Of a stretch of DNA of 64,000 bases, positions 46,778 to 56,700 are shown in pieces; position 1 is the first letter of the stretch, and the number at the start of each line of letters is the position of its first letter. The position numbers and the translations under genes are program-made. The stretch spans positions 165,632-229,631 of the forward strand of contig JBGTLG010000006.1 in assembly GCA_041744215.1 (NCBI GenBank), given 5' to 3'. This DNA is from Fimbriimonadales bacterium. GTDB taxonomy: Bacteria; Armatimonadota; Fimbriimonadia; Fimbriimonadales; ATM1. Below the pieces are notes generated by a model, which had not been told where the DNA came from, did not search any database, and was given only the letters and a program-made list of their open reading frames with translations.

Positions 46778-48979
46778 TTGAAACTCTTGAGTGAGGCCGA
46801 AGAGCCTCTTTTACTCGCGCCGAAGATCCTATCCGGCGAAGAAAATCTGATACTCATCAGCTTAGAGACTGATTTTGCGGCTGATGGGAAGTTTGGCCGC
46901 CGCACCCTTGAGGTTAGCGGCGAATCCGTTCGCGTATCAGAGCGAGACGGGACGATTTCTCTCGACGTCAGGATCGAGGACATCAAGTCGGCGCGGAATG
47001 AGCCGCTTGTAGGCGGTGGCCGCCTCGAACTGACCACTAAGGCTGGCGAAATCGTCCCCGTGATCACGTACTCGCTGACGTTAGCAGCCAAGTTTTCAGA
47101 GGCAGCCCGAGGCATCGAGCAGCTGGCCAAGGGTGAAGAACTGCTCATAAACTTGAAGAAGGAGCGGCTTCGTTGCGCGAAGTGCGATCGGCTCCTTCCG
47201 GAGAAGGATGGCGTTTGCCCTGCGTGTGTGAACCGCGGAAAAACTTTGCTGAGAGTCGCTCAGTACTTGAAGCCCTACAAGCGCCAGGCAGTTATTCTCG
47301 CCCTTCTCTCGCTGGTTGCAACCGCACTCAACCTCGCACCGCCTCTGATTCAGGGTGAACTCGTGGATGCCGTGTTCACGACGAAGCAGAATTTGTCGCT
47401 GCTCTTCTGGCTTGTCGGTGCGTGGGTGTTGGTACTTGCTTTTGCAGCATTTGTGCAGATCCTGACTGGGCGGCTAATCGCAAGGCTCGCAGGGAGCATT
47501 GCATCAGACCTTCGCGCGTCTGTTTACCGCGCAATCGAGTTCCTACAGCTCTACTTTTTCGACAAGAAGCAGGTAGGTGCGATTGCAAGTCGCGTGACGA
47601 GCGACACGGACCGCGTCTGGGGATTCCTGGTCGAAGGCGTCCCGTACTTCCTGATCAATGGATTGCTTTTGCTTGGTATCGTCATCTTTCTGTTCACGAC
47701 GAACGCGGTACTTGCTGCGTGTATTTTGGCTCCGATACCGATTGTAGTTGGCATCAGTGTTGTTTTCTGGCGCCCGATGTCACAGATGTTTCACAAGGTC
47801 GGTCAGAAGTGGGCGCGGTTCCACACTCAACTCAATGAGTCGCTGTCGGGAATTCGCGTTATCAAGGCCTTCGCGAAGGAAGACTTGGAGTTCGCCAAGT
47901 TTCAGCAGCGCAACTCCGAGTTGCGTGAAAGCGGAATCGCTGCCGACGCAAAGTGGTACACGATATTCGGTTACCTCACGTTCTTTACCGGCCTCGGAGT
48001 CCTTATCAACTGGGCGGTCGGAGGATACATGGTGTATTCCGAAGTTTTGACGTTGGGCGAGTTCTGGAAAGTGAACGCTTTGCTGGGCCTCGTCTATGGG
48101 CCGCTGCAGTGGTTCGCGATGGTCAACAATTGGTTTAGCCGTGCAATGGCAGGCGCGGATCGAATCTTCGAGGTGATGGATACGGAGCGCGAGGCTTACG
48201 GCCACACTCTGCTTAAGCACCCGATCACCGGTGAAGTCGAATTCTCTAACGTGCGATTCGGCTATGACAAGTCGAACCCAGTACTGAAGGGATTGAGCTT
48301 TGTCGCTAAGCCTGGCGAGATGATCGGGCTTGTTGGCAAATCTGGCGCAGGTAAGTCGACAACTATCAACTTGATTTGCCGCTTTTACGAGCCGGACGCC
48401 GGCTCAGTCAAGATTGACGGAAAGGACTACCGAGAGATTGCACTGCAAGACTTGCGTGAGCAAATCGGAATTGTGCTGCAGGAGCCGTTTCTTTTCAATG
48501 GGACGATTGCGGAAAACATCGCGTACGGCAAGCAATCGGCGACTATGGACGAGATCATGAGTGCGGCGAAGTCGGCCAACGCCCACAACTTCATTCTGTC
48601 CAAGCCAGATGGCTATGATTCGCTTGTCGGAGAAAAAGGCGCGAAACTGTCTGGTGGCGAGAGACAACGCGTTTCGATCGCCCGTGCAATTCTTCACGAC
48701 CCGCGTATCTTGATCTTGGACGAGGCAACTTCATCTGTTGATGTTGAAACGGAAAAGCAGATTCAAGAAGCGATCTCCAGACTAGTGGAAGGTCGAACGA
48801 CCTTTGCCATCGCTCACCGGCTCTCCACGCTTCGAAATGCGGATCGCCTTATTGTCCTTGACAAAGGCGAGATTGTCGAGATCGGAACGCATGCAGAACT
48901 GATGGAGAAAAAGGGTGTCTTTTTCAACCTTGTTCAGACGCAAAGCGCGATCAATGAGATCATAGGGGTCAATCTATGA
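46778..48979 (+). CDS. ABC exporter (fused TMD-NBD) with an extra N-terminal domain and Zn-ribbon
   Basis: GKSGAGKST, LSGGERQR, ILDEATS, IAHRLST; CAKC..CPAC before the TMD. Confidence 0.93.
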   Translation: MKLLSEAEEPLLLAPKILSGEENLILISLETDFAADGKFGRRTLEVSGESVRVSERDGTISLDVRIEDIKSARNEPLVGGGRLELTTKAGEIVPVITYSLTLAAKFSEAARGIEQLAKGEELLINLKKERLRCAKCDRLLPEKDGVCPACVNRGKTLLRVAQYLKPYKRQAVILALLSLVATALNLAPPLIQGELVDAVFTTKQNLSLLFWLVGAWVLVLAFAAFVQILTGRLIARLAGSIASDLRASVYRAIEFLQLYFFDKKQVGAIASRVTSDTDRVWGFLVEGVPYFLINGLLLLGIVIFLFTTNAVLAACILAPIPIVVGISVVFWRPMSQMFHKVGQKWARFHTQLNESLSGIRVIKAFAKEDLEFAKFQQRNSELRESGIAADAKWYTIFGYLTFFTGLGVLINWAVGGYMVYSEVLTLGEFWKVNALLGLVYGPLQWFAMVNNWFSRAMAGADRIFEVMDTEREAYGHTLLKHPITGEVEFSNVRFGYDKSNPVLKGLSFVAKPGEMIGLVGKSGAGKSTTINLICRFYEPDAGSVKIDGKDYREIALQDLREQIGIVLQEPFLFNGTIAENIAYGKQSATMDEIMSAAKSANAHNFILSKPDGYDSLVGEKGAKLSGGERQRVSIARAILHDPRILILDEATSSVDVETEKQIQEAISRLVEGRTTFAIAHRLSTLRNADRLIVLDKGEIVEIGTHAELMEKKGVFFNLVQTQSAINEIIGVNL

Positions 48980-49932
48980 CGACCACGAAGGACTTAACGA
49001 TACGCCCGGCTGATCCCGCTGCCGACTCGGTACGGATTGCGCAACTTATGTCAGCGTATGAGGGCGAACCCGTAACGCCGGAAAACATCATCGATACCTT
49101 TTCTCGGTTCAAGGACCATGGTCACTTCGGACGATTTGTTGCCATTGACGCCAACGGGCTCGTCATTGCGTATGCGAAGTCTACGAGGATGCACTCAGAT
49201 AAGGCTGGACGATTTGTACTAACCGTCATCGTCGATGAGGATCATCGAAACCGAGGATTGGGCCGTCACCTCGCGGACCTTTGTGAAGGGTACGCACTGG
49301 ATCGAGGTGGCATGGAGCTGATCGCGGAGGTTCGTGAAGACAATGCGCCGTCGATTGCATTTGCCGAAAAGCGTGGCTACGTTAGAACCCATCACTTCTT
49401 CGAGTCAGTTCTTGATGTAAGTAGATTTGCTTTCGATCGAGCCGGGGACACAGGTGATATCGGCAACATTGAGGTTACATCTGTCGGCGCGGACGGAAGC
49501 GATGCGAGCGCTTTTCGCCGGCTGTTTGAGATCTGTAAGATCGCGGATGAAGATGCGCCCGGCGGATTCGAAATGACGATGTCATTCGAAGAGTTCTGTG
49601 ATGTCTACATCAAAGCGAAGTGGTTTGATGCGTTTGGGCATATAGTCGCAAAGGTCGATGATAGGTACGTAGCACTTTCAGCAGTGGGCGAGATGACGCC
49701 AGGTCGATTTTATACGCTAAACACCGGTGTGCGGGGCGACTATCGCGGGCGCGGTTTGGCAACGCTACTCAAGACGAAGGCGATAGAGTACGCGAAGGCT
49801 CGTGGCGCCACAAAGATTCGCACGCACAATCATAGCGAGAATGCACCCATGCTGGCGATCAACAAGAAACTCGGCTTCGAGCCGGAGATTGGCTGGTACT
49901 ACATGACCAAGTGTATCGAGAGGGAAGGGTAA
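48976..49932 (+). CDS. Tandem GNAT acetyltransferase
   Basis: Two acetyl-CoA motifs (HRNRGLG, YRGRGLA) and N.PML.IN.KLGF. Confidence 0.9.
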   Translation: MTTTKDLTIRPADPAADSVRIAQLMSAYEGEPVTPENIIDTFSRFKDHGHFGRFVAIDANGLVIAYAKSTRMHSDKAGRFVLTVIVDEDHRNRGLGRHLADLCEGYALDRGGMELIAEVREDNAPSIAFAEKRGYVRTHHFFESVLDVSRFAFDRAGDTGDIGNIEVTSVGADGSDASAFRRLFEICKIADEDAPGGFEMTMSFEEFCDVYIKAKWFDAFGHIVAKVDDRYVALSAVGEMTPGRFYTLNTGVRGDYRGRGLATLLKTKAIEYAKARGATKIRTHNHSENAPMLAINKKLGFEPEIGWYYMTKCIEREG

Positions 49933-49934
49933 TC

Positions 49935-50405
49935 ATGCAACCGAGCGACCTTAATGTCTTTTATCACCCAACAGATCGACTGCGCCTGACGGTCGCAGAT
50001 CGTAGCTATCTCACAGTGAAGCCAGCATGGGCGTCACCTTTGTCGTACCCTGGGCGATACCTCGCCCTCTTGGACGGCAAAGGTGACGAGATCGTACTGA
50101 TTGATGATCCTGAAGAGTTGAGTCCAGCGAGTCGGCAGTCGATCGAGCGCGAACTTCATCGGCGCTATCTGACCGCTAACGTGAGACGTATCGAAAGCGC
50201 AAAAGTGGAGTTCGGCGCGACTTACTGGCACGTGGATACAGATCGCGGTGAGAGAGACTTCGTTACGCAGAGCCTTCAAGAGAATGCCCAGTGGCTCGGC
50301 GATAGGCATCTCTTGCTGATCGACGTAGATGGGAATCGATTCGACATTCCAGACGTCTCCGCGCTGGACGAGCGCAGCAGGGCAATCATCGACCGCATTC
50401 TGTAA
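49935..50405 (+). CDS. DUF1854-like protein
   Basis: PLSYPGRYLAL, WHVDTDRG, LIDVDGNRF, LDERS; downstream of the ABC exporter. Confidence 0.8.
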   Translation: MQPSDLNVFYHPTDRLRLTVADRSYLTVKPAWASPLSYPGRYLALLDGKGDEIVLIDDPEELSPASRQSIERELHRRYLTANVRRIESAKVEFGATYWHVDTDRGERDFVTQSLQENAQWLGDRHLLLIDVDGNRFDIPDVSALDERSRAIIDRIL

Positions 50406-50444
50406 CCTGAGTCGAACAGTCAGATACTTGCGTCCTCATCTCCG

Positions 50445-51677
50445 ATGAGTCGCTTTCCCGTTCGTGGCGTTTGGTGTGGATCTGCGGAGGCTGGTCGGAC
50501 TCAAGCGGAAGTCTCCGCGTTCATTGAGCGGATGCATAGCGCCGGCTTCAATGCTGTTTTCATGCACCTTAAGGGCGGTGACGGGCTACTGTACTGGCCG
50601 AGCCACAAGTTTCCGCAGGCGGTCGCGCCGGGATACGAGTCTTTCGATCTCCCAGCAATCGCTTTGGAGGAGTGCCGAAAGCGGGGCATGCAGTTCCATG
50701 CCTGGCTGATTGACTTCTTTGAAGGAGAGCACGGTGCGGCGATTCAGCATCATCCTGAGTGGGCGATGACGAACGCGAGCGGATATCTTACGAACACCGA
50801 AATCTTGCGCGGATCGCGCTTCACCGGGCTTTGGATGTGTCCCGCCAGGCGGCCGGGTTACACAGACCAGTGGCTCGTGCCATTGCTGAAAGAGTTTGGT
50901 CAACGATACGAAGTCGACACTATTCACCATGACTACATCCGTTACCCCGGAGATGTCGCGCCCGATCAGTACTGCTTCTGCGATTACTGCTTAGAGCAAC
51001 TTCCGGAGTGGGCGGGCTACTACAGCGAAGCGTATCCGGATGAAGCGTTCTATCACGAGCTATATGATCGCGGATACCTCGAGTCGCATTGGGAGCAGAG
51101 CCCAAGGGTGTTACCAGCGAACTGGAGCAGAATTGGCCGCGAAACTCAAAGTCGAATCTTGCTCGAGGGCTCCTTCTTTCAAGGCGGCAGGCAAGATTTA
51201 GACTACTTCTTTTACCTCTACAGAACCCATTGGATTACGGAGTTTGCTCGAATGGCTCGCGCTGAGGTGAACCCAAATGTTGGAATCAGCGCGGCTTTGT
51301 TCAAGAATCCAATCCACAGTGGACGATTCATCGGTCAGGACTGGCGCGAGTTCGCGCCTTACGTCGATGTTGCGATTCCGATGGACTATCGAGACCACTT
51401 TCCAGGATCATTCGAGACGTATCTTGCGTTGCTCGATGAGACCATCAGAAGCCAGAAATCATGGGCGCGCGACTTTAAGTCACTTTTGATCGGCGTAGCG
51501 ATCAACTTTCTGTTCCGTGAGGAGGATGAGAAGGGGAACCCGGCGGATGCTGGAAAACTGCATGCGGTTGCGGATGTCGTTGCAGATTCGGCAGCCGATG
51601 GCATCGTATTCTTTTGTGAAGGACATCTGAGCCAGTATGGACTTTGGGCCGCCATGCCCGAAATCTTTCAGAAGTGA
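50445..51677 (+). CDS. GHL10 (DUF187-like) glycoside hydrolase, no signal peptide
   Basis: RGVW, GFNAVF, FHAW, HPEW, DYIRYP, GQDW, PMDY. Confidence 0.8.
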   Translation: MSRFPVRGVWCGSAEAGRTQAEVSAFIERMHSAGFNAVFMHLKGGDGLLYWPSHKFPQAVAPGYESFDLPAIALEECRKRGMQFHAWLIDFFEGEHGAAIQHHPEWAMTNASGYLTNTEILRGSRFTGLWMCPARRPGYTDQWLVPLLKEFGQRYEVDTIHHDYIRYPGDVAPDQYCFCDYCLEQLPEWAGYYSEAYPDEAFYHELYDRGYLESHWEQSPRVLPANWSRIGRETQSRILLEGSFFQGGRQDLDYFFYLYRTHWITEFARMARAEVNPNVGISAALFKNPIHSGRFIGQDWREFAPYVDVAIPMDYRDHFPGSFETYLALLDETIRSQKSWARDFKSLLIGVAINFLFREEDEKGNPADAGKLHAVADVVADSAADGIVFFCEGHLSQYGLWAAMPEIFQK

Positions 51678-53450
51678 TTAGAAAGGCCAAACGCGCAGAA
51701 TCATTGGAAATCCGACCGCGAACACGACAATCTGCAAGGGCAATCCAACTCGCCAATAATCTCCAAATCGGTATCCGCCTGGCCCCATGACGAGGGTGTT
51801 TGACTGGTGCCCGATCGGTGTCAGGAACGCGCATGAGGCACCTAGCGCGATTGCGATGAGGAAGGGATCTGCGGACACTCCTAAGCTGGCGGCGACGCTG
51901 ATTCCGATTGGAGCCAATAGCACGGCGGCCGCAGCATTGTTGATCACGTCACTTAGCGTCATAGCCGCAACCATTATCACCGCGAGTGCAACGGCCGGCC
52001 CAGAATTGCCAGCAATGCCTGTGACTAGATTTGCGATTGTCTGTGCGCCGCCCGTCGATTCGAGCGCCGCTCCAACGGGCATCATGCAACCGAGAAGAAC
52101 AATTACTGGCCAATCGATGCTCTCATACGCTTGCTGCAGCTTGAGAAGCCCGAACACCAACATAGCAATCGCCGCTGCGGCGAAAGACAACTGAACAGGC
52201 AGAACACCGAAAGTCGCGAGAATCACTGCTGCTATAAAGATCCCAATACCCAGGGCGAGCCTAGGGGCTCCGCCGAACCTTAGCTTTCGGGTCGCGAGCG
52301 GCAACAGCGCCAACGTGTTAAAAACTTCAGTCAAGGAGTTCTCGCTTCCCTGCAGCAACAGCACATCGCCAGGTCGAAATCCGGTGCTGTCCAACCGGCG
52401 TCGCATTGATTCGCCCTGTCTTGCGAGAGCGAGCAAGTTTACGCCGTATACGGATCGGAGCTGTATGCTCTTTACAGTCTTTCCAATGATTGGAGATCGT
52501 GGGGTAACGACGGCTTCTTCCACTTGAATCGTGTCTGATGACAACTCCTCCTCAGAGGGAGATTTGCCCTCGGCGAGGTGGAAGCCTGTTCGCTCCACAA
52601 ACTCCTGTATGTCGTCTGCGGAGGCCTCGACAATAAGTGTGTCGCCGGGCAGCACACGTTCGGTTGCGCGCGGAGCAGCCAAGCGAGAGCCATTTCTGAT
52701 CAAGCCGACAATCTGGACTAGTCCTCCATTCTCGGGCACGATATCGGCGAGCGTTCCCGGCAACTTTTCGACGTCCTCTGGGACAGAAACTTCTGTTAGG
52801 TACTCTCCGATGTTATAGAGGCCTTCTCTCGATGAGAGTTGCTTGCGAATCGGGATCAGTCTCGGGCCGATGAAGATCAGATACAGTACACCTGCGAGCG
52901 CGACGACGCCACCGACCGGCAGGTAGTCAAACATACCGAACGGTGCTGTGCCGTTGGTCGCACGAAAGGTCGATATGATAAGGTTTGGCGGGGTACCCAA
53001 AACGGTCATTAAGCCGCCGAGCAATGAGCCGAACGCCAACGGCATTAGGAATCGCCCAACGGGAAGTTCGTGATCACGAGCATACTTGATCGCTACCGGC
53101 ATCATTAGTGCGAGTGCCCCAACGTTGTTCATGAATGCGGAAGCGATTACTACGACGACGAGCATTGCTGCGAGCGCAAGGCCGGGGCTGTCTGAAATCC
53201 GCGAAAGCGGAGCGACCATCAATCGGGTGACCCCGCATATCCCCAGTCCCTGACTCACGATGAGGATAGCGGCGACCGAAATGACCGCTGGGTGACTGAA
53301 ACCCGCGAACGCATCCGTCGGCGAGACTATTCCGGTTAGCGCGACCGCCATCAGCGCTAATGCAGCCACGAGATCGTAACGAAACCGGCCCCAGAAGAAC
53401 AGAACGAGGCACGCTCCGAGCACGACAAAGACGAAGGTTTGTTGCCACAT
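51678..53450 (-). CDS. SLC13/DASS permease with two TrkA-C domains
   Basis: SAFMNN, GTPPN, PGDVLLLQG, FLTPIGHQSN..V..PGGYRFGDY. Confidence 0.92.
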   Translation of the reverse strand: MWQQTFVFVVLGACLVLFFWGRFRYDLVAALALMAVALTGIVSPTDAFAGFSHPAVISVAAILIVSQGLGICGVTRLMVAPLSRISDSPGLALAAMLVVVVIASAFMNNVGALALMMPVAIKYARDHELPVGRFLMPLAFGSLLGGLMTVLGTPPNLIISTFRATNGTAPFGMFDYLPVGGVVALAGVLYLIFIGPRLIPIRKQLSSREGLYNIGEYLTEVSVPEDVEKLPGTLADIVPENGGLVQIVGLIRNGSRLAAPRATERVLPGDTLIVEASADDIQEFVERTGFHLAEGKSPSEEELSSDTIQVEEAVVTPRSPIIGKTVKSIQLRSVYGVNLLALARQGESMRRRLDSTGFRPGDVLLLQGSENSLTEVFNTLALLPLATRKLRFGGAPRLALGIGIFIAAVILATFGVLPVQLSFAAAAIAMLVFGLLKLQQAYESIDWPVIVLLGCMMPVGAALESTGGAQTIANLVTGIAGNSGPAVALAVIMVAAMTLSDVINNAAAAVLLAPIGISVAASLGVSADPFLIAIALGASCAFLTPIGHQSNTLVMGPGGYRFGDYWRVGLPLQIVVFAVGFPMILRVWPF

Positions 53451-53500
53451 GGATTGACTTTTATCTTGCTTGATCTACCTACGACGCTTGTGGTCGAACT

Positions 53501-55078
53501 TTACTCAAAGTCTGTCCTCGCAGCAATGTCCACCGAGTAAAGACTTGCCAGTTCAGTCGCGGTGAGTTCACCAATCTTCTCAAGCCTCTGGATTAGACTA
53601 TCTGCCTCTACCGCGTCTTCTACCGCGATCTCACCGAGCATCCTCCATTTTTGTCCGAGAATGGTGTCGAGGTCAGCGGTGGTATTGCGTGCGTGCCCAG
53701 CAGGATACATGACAAGGCCTGAGTCATATCTGCGCCTTGCAGTGTCCTCGATCACGACAGAGGTGGGGATGCCTTCCGGGTACCTAGCATCGTACTCAGG
53801 TCCTCCGTGGCGAAAGTCAATTCTCTCCATCAGGGAACGTGTAAGCGGATGAAAGATTGCCGAGTCATCGACTCGATAATCGTACGGCGACAGCATCAGT
53901 TCCTTCCAAATCTCGTCGCTGCCGCCCATTGGAAGGCCGCGCTCGATCGCCTTTCTCAGTAACGTCGAGACGATGTAGGCCATCGAGTGATCTGCGCTTT
54001 GCCTGGTCTTGGGATCCTTTTTCATTGGGTTTCCTATGATTCCGAAGGCAGGTTCGTACGCAAGAATTGTGATTCGCCCGATGTTCTCACCACCGCTCTC
54101 GATCAGAGACGGATTCGCGCCGATCAGATCGATTACTGCCTGCAGGGCGCCCGCGGACTGATGTTCATACAAACCCAATTTGAAGTGCATCCCCATGACT
54201 GCGAAGTCATCGCCGCTGTGAGATAACACGAGATCGAATGGCGAGTCACCTTGTTCGCCCCAGCGATCCTTCCCATCCGTTGTCGGTTCGAAGAATCGAA
54301 AGACTGCCTCAGGGTTGCGGAAGATGTCCTGTGGCCCTCGGAATCCTGCCATTGAGCGCTTGACGCACAGAATCGCTGCCTCCGTGCTGATAGCTGCGCT
54401 TGCCCCCTTGCTGTCGCTCAGTTGCTTTCCAGCTCGGATTGCCCTCCAAGGGATGTAATGGGCGACGAACATCCCGATCGCGCTTTCGATCTGCTCTGCT
54501 GTCGCGCCCATCAGCGCGCCATACGTCGCTGCTGAGCCGATCGCTCCGTGCACAACATGGTCGATCTTGTGAGTCTTTAAGCTAAACACCTCTGCAAGCC
54601 GTCCGCGAATCTCATCGAGTAGCAGCATCGCGCGAAGCGCCGTCGCACCGTCTAACCCTCTTTGCTGGCAAGCTGCTATGACGACCGGATAGAAGTCGTT
54701 GTGACCAAACTCGCCCGCTGTGTGATCCAACTCAGGTCGAAAACCGAAGTTCGTTCCGTTGCTGTCCCATTCGCGCACTGCTGCGCTGTTGGCCGCGACT
54801 GCCTTTTCGGGCATCACCCGCGTTGCGTCGCCGAACACCGTTGCTCCAGACTCAAGCGGGTAGGCGAGCGCTTCATTCCTCAGCACCGTCGGCGCGTTGG
54901 TCCTAAGAGCAAGCGCGCTTAATCCACAAAGAACGGAGTCCGTGTGAAACCGACGAACTCGCTCTAAAGCGGCCGGGCTCGGCAGGGATGCCAAGGAGCC
55001 ATCGAGATAGCTAATTGAGAAGCGCCCAAGGCCCAGAGCTTGGTTCGAGTCGCGGGGAAGTGTGATTGATGTTGGCAT
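53501..55078 (-). CDS. prpD: MmgE/PrpD family (2-methylcitrate dehydratase-like)
   Basis: VREWDSNGT, GH.D, IDHV, IRAGKQLSDSKG, SADHS, PAGH. Confidence 0.85.
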   Translation of the reverse strand: MPTSITLPRDSNQALGLGRFSISYLDGSLASLPSPAALERVRRFHTDSVLCGLSALALRTNAPTVLRNEALAYPLESGATVFGDATRVMPEKAVAANSAAVREWDSNGTNFGFRPELDHTAGEFGHNDFYPVVIAACQQRGLDGATALRAMLLLDEIRGRLAEVFSLKTHKIDHVVHGAIGSAATYGALMGATAEQIESAIGMFVAHYIPWRAIRAGKQLSDSKGASAAISTEAAILCVKRSMAGFRGPQDIFRNPEAVFRFFEPTTDGKDRWGEQGDSPFDLVLSHSGDDFAVMGMHFKLGLYEHQSAGALQAVIDLIGANPSLIESGGENIGRITILAYEPAFGIIGNPMKKDPKTRQSADHSMAYIVSTLLRKAIERGLPMGGSDEIWKELMLSPYDYRVDDSAIFHPLTRSLMERIDFRHGGPEYDARYPEGIPTSVVIEDTARRRYDSGLVMYPAGHARNTTADLDTILGQKWRMLGEIAVEDAVEADSLIQRLEKIGELTATELASLYSVDIAARTDFE

Positions 55079-55128
55079 CGGGCGCAGTTTATCCCCTCGG
55101 TCAACGCGACATGTGCTATCTTTCGCCG

Positions 55129-56202
55129 GTGCCCGCTGTGTCGTACGTTCCCAAACTCGTTTTTCCAGAAGCTAATCCATTCCGGCGGCTTCTGGTGCGC
55201 GTCTTTTGGATCTTAGCCATCCTGGCGCTAGCTTGCTTTTTGCTTTGGACGCAGCGGCACGGCCTAGCTGACAATCGAGGCACCGATCTCTCGCTCTTGG
55301 ATGTGTTGTATTTCACAATCGTCACGGTTACGACTGTCGGCTATGGAGATATCGTTCCCGTCACCGATGAGGCAAGGGCGATGATAACGTTTGGAATCAA
55401 TCCATTGCGAGTAGCGGTATGGTTGATTCTTCTTAGTACTGCGTATGAACTCGTCATACGCAGATCAGTCGAGAGTTTTGCGCTTCAGAGGATAAAACGC
55501 GTCATGAAACAACACACAATCATCTGCGGTTTTGGAGTGAAAGGGCGAGCCGCCGCAAAGGAGTTGATCGAGCGAGGTGTCAGCCCGGCGAAGATTATTG
55601 TCATCGATTCTGATGCGTCCGCGCTCGAGTCCGCGTCATTGCTCGGTGTAGTCGGACTGCGCGGAGACGCTAGCAGCGAAAGCACGCTCAGGGCAGCTGC
55701 CATCGAATCCGCTGCCCACATCGTTGTCGTTCCGAACACGGATCAGGCATGCGTGTTGATCTGTCTCACCGCGCGCGACCTTGCGCCAAATGCGCACATT
55801 GTTGCGGCAGCCAGAGAGGACGAAAATGTCAGGCTGATCTATCGAAGCGGGGCCGACACGGTGCTCGCGCCAGCGGCCTCCGGTGGTCGGTTGCTGGCTG
55901 CGGTGACTCAGTCGCCTTCCGCAGCGATGATCTTGTCCGAACTCTTTGAGCATGGGAAAGGGGCGGATATCTACGATTACGTGGTCACGCCCGGTGATGT
56001 CGGCAAACTGCCGGGCGAAGTCACGGCGCTTTCGGAGAAGTTGGTACTTGCTATCGTTACACGAGGCCGGAGGCTGTCATCAATTGAAGCCAGGGCGCAT
56101 AAGCTTCGTCGAGAGGATGTTGTGATTGTTTATGAGCCTGCGTCAAGGGAGCGCTTCTCCGAGGCAAAACCTGAGGTGCCGGGCCCGAATCCTGCTCAGT
56201 AG
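55129..56202 (+). CDS. Potassium channel with RCK (TrkA-N) domain
   Basis: TTVGYGD selectivity filter; ICGFGVKG Rossmann motif. Confidence 0.92.
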   Translation: MPAVSYVPKLVFPEANPFRRLLVRVFWILAILALACFLLWTQRHGLADNRGTDLSLLDVLYFTIVTVTTVGYGDIVPVTDEARAMITFGINPLRVAVWLILLSTAYELVIRRSVESFALQRIKRVMKQHTIICGFGVKGRAAAKELIERGVSPAKIIVIDSDASALESASLLGVVGLRGDASSESTLRAAAIESAAHIVVVPNTDQACVLICLTARDLAPNAHIVAAAREDENVRLIYRSGADTVLAPAASGGRLLAAVTQSPSAAMILSELFEHGKGADIYDYVVTPGDVGKLPGEVTALSEKLVLAIVTRGRRLSSIEARAHKLRREDVVIVYEPASRERFSEAKPEVPGPNPAQ

Positions 56203-56251
56203 GCCGAAATGGAACGGATGGCGTCAGGATCACGTTACAGTAATTGAGCTC

Positions 56252-56635
56252 ATGCGATTTCGGAAAATAGCCGTTCTCACAGCGATGCTGGTCGGTCTGC
56301 TTCAGGCAGGACCCATCGTCGCATGTGCTTTGACTTGCAAAGACGGCAAGTGCCCGATGGCGGTCAAGCAGTCTGGCTGCTGTGAGTCGGAGACCACGCA
56401 GCAACATGACGAGGCTGACTGCAGCTGTGCGATCTCCGCGCCGGAAATCGCGCCCCCAAACAGCGTTGCGATCCCGCAACCAACGTTAGAGATTGCCGGC
56501 ATGCCTCCGAGCGAAACCCGCGACCTTAAACAGATCCCAGCCACATTTACACCTGGCATCTTTGGGGGAGACCCAGGTCCACCTGGACTTCGCCCGCACT
56601 TCAGCCAACACGAACGCGCGCCTCCGGTCTCGTGA
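56252..56635 (+). CDS. Secreted Cys-rich uORF with C-terminal RAPP motif (CruR/CutF/DUF2946-like arrest peptide)
   Basis: Signal peptide, CALTC..GKCPM..GCC..CSC, Pro-rich linker, ends HERAPPVS*. Confidence 0.8.
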   Translation: MRFRKIAVLTAMLVGLLQAGPIVACALTCKDGKCPMAVKQSGCCESETTQQHDEADCSCAISAPEIAPPNSVAIPQPTLEIAGMPPSETRDLKQIPATFTPGIFGGDPGPPGLRPHFSQHERAPPVS

Positions 56636-56692
56636 AGTTTCAATCGCGCCGGTAGGCGCGGATCGCAGTTCTTCACACCACGATACCGGAGG
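56621..56692 (+). promoter_or_regulatory. Anti-Shine-Dalgarno stem formed by the RAPP/stop codons and the downstream SD
   Basis: CCTCCGGT-C-TCGTG (56621-56634) is complementary to CACGA-T-ACCGGAGG (56679-56692); inner hairpin CGCGCC-ggta-GGCGCG. Confidence 0.8.
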
Positions 56693-56700
56693 TATTTCTA

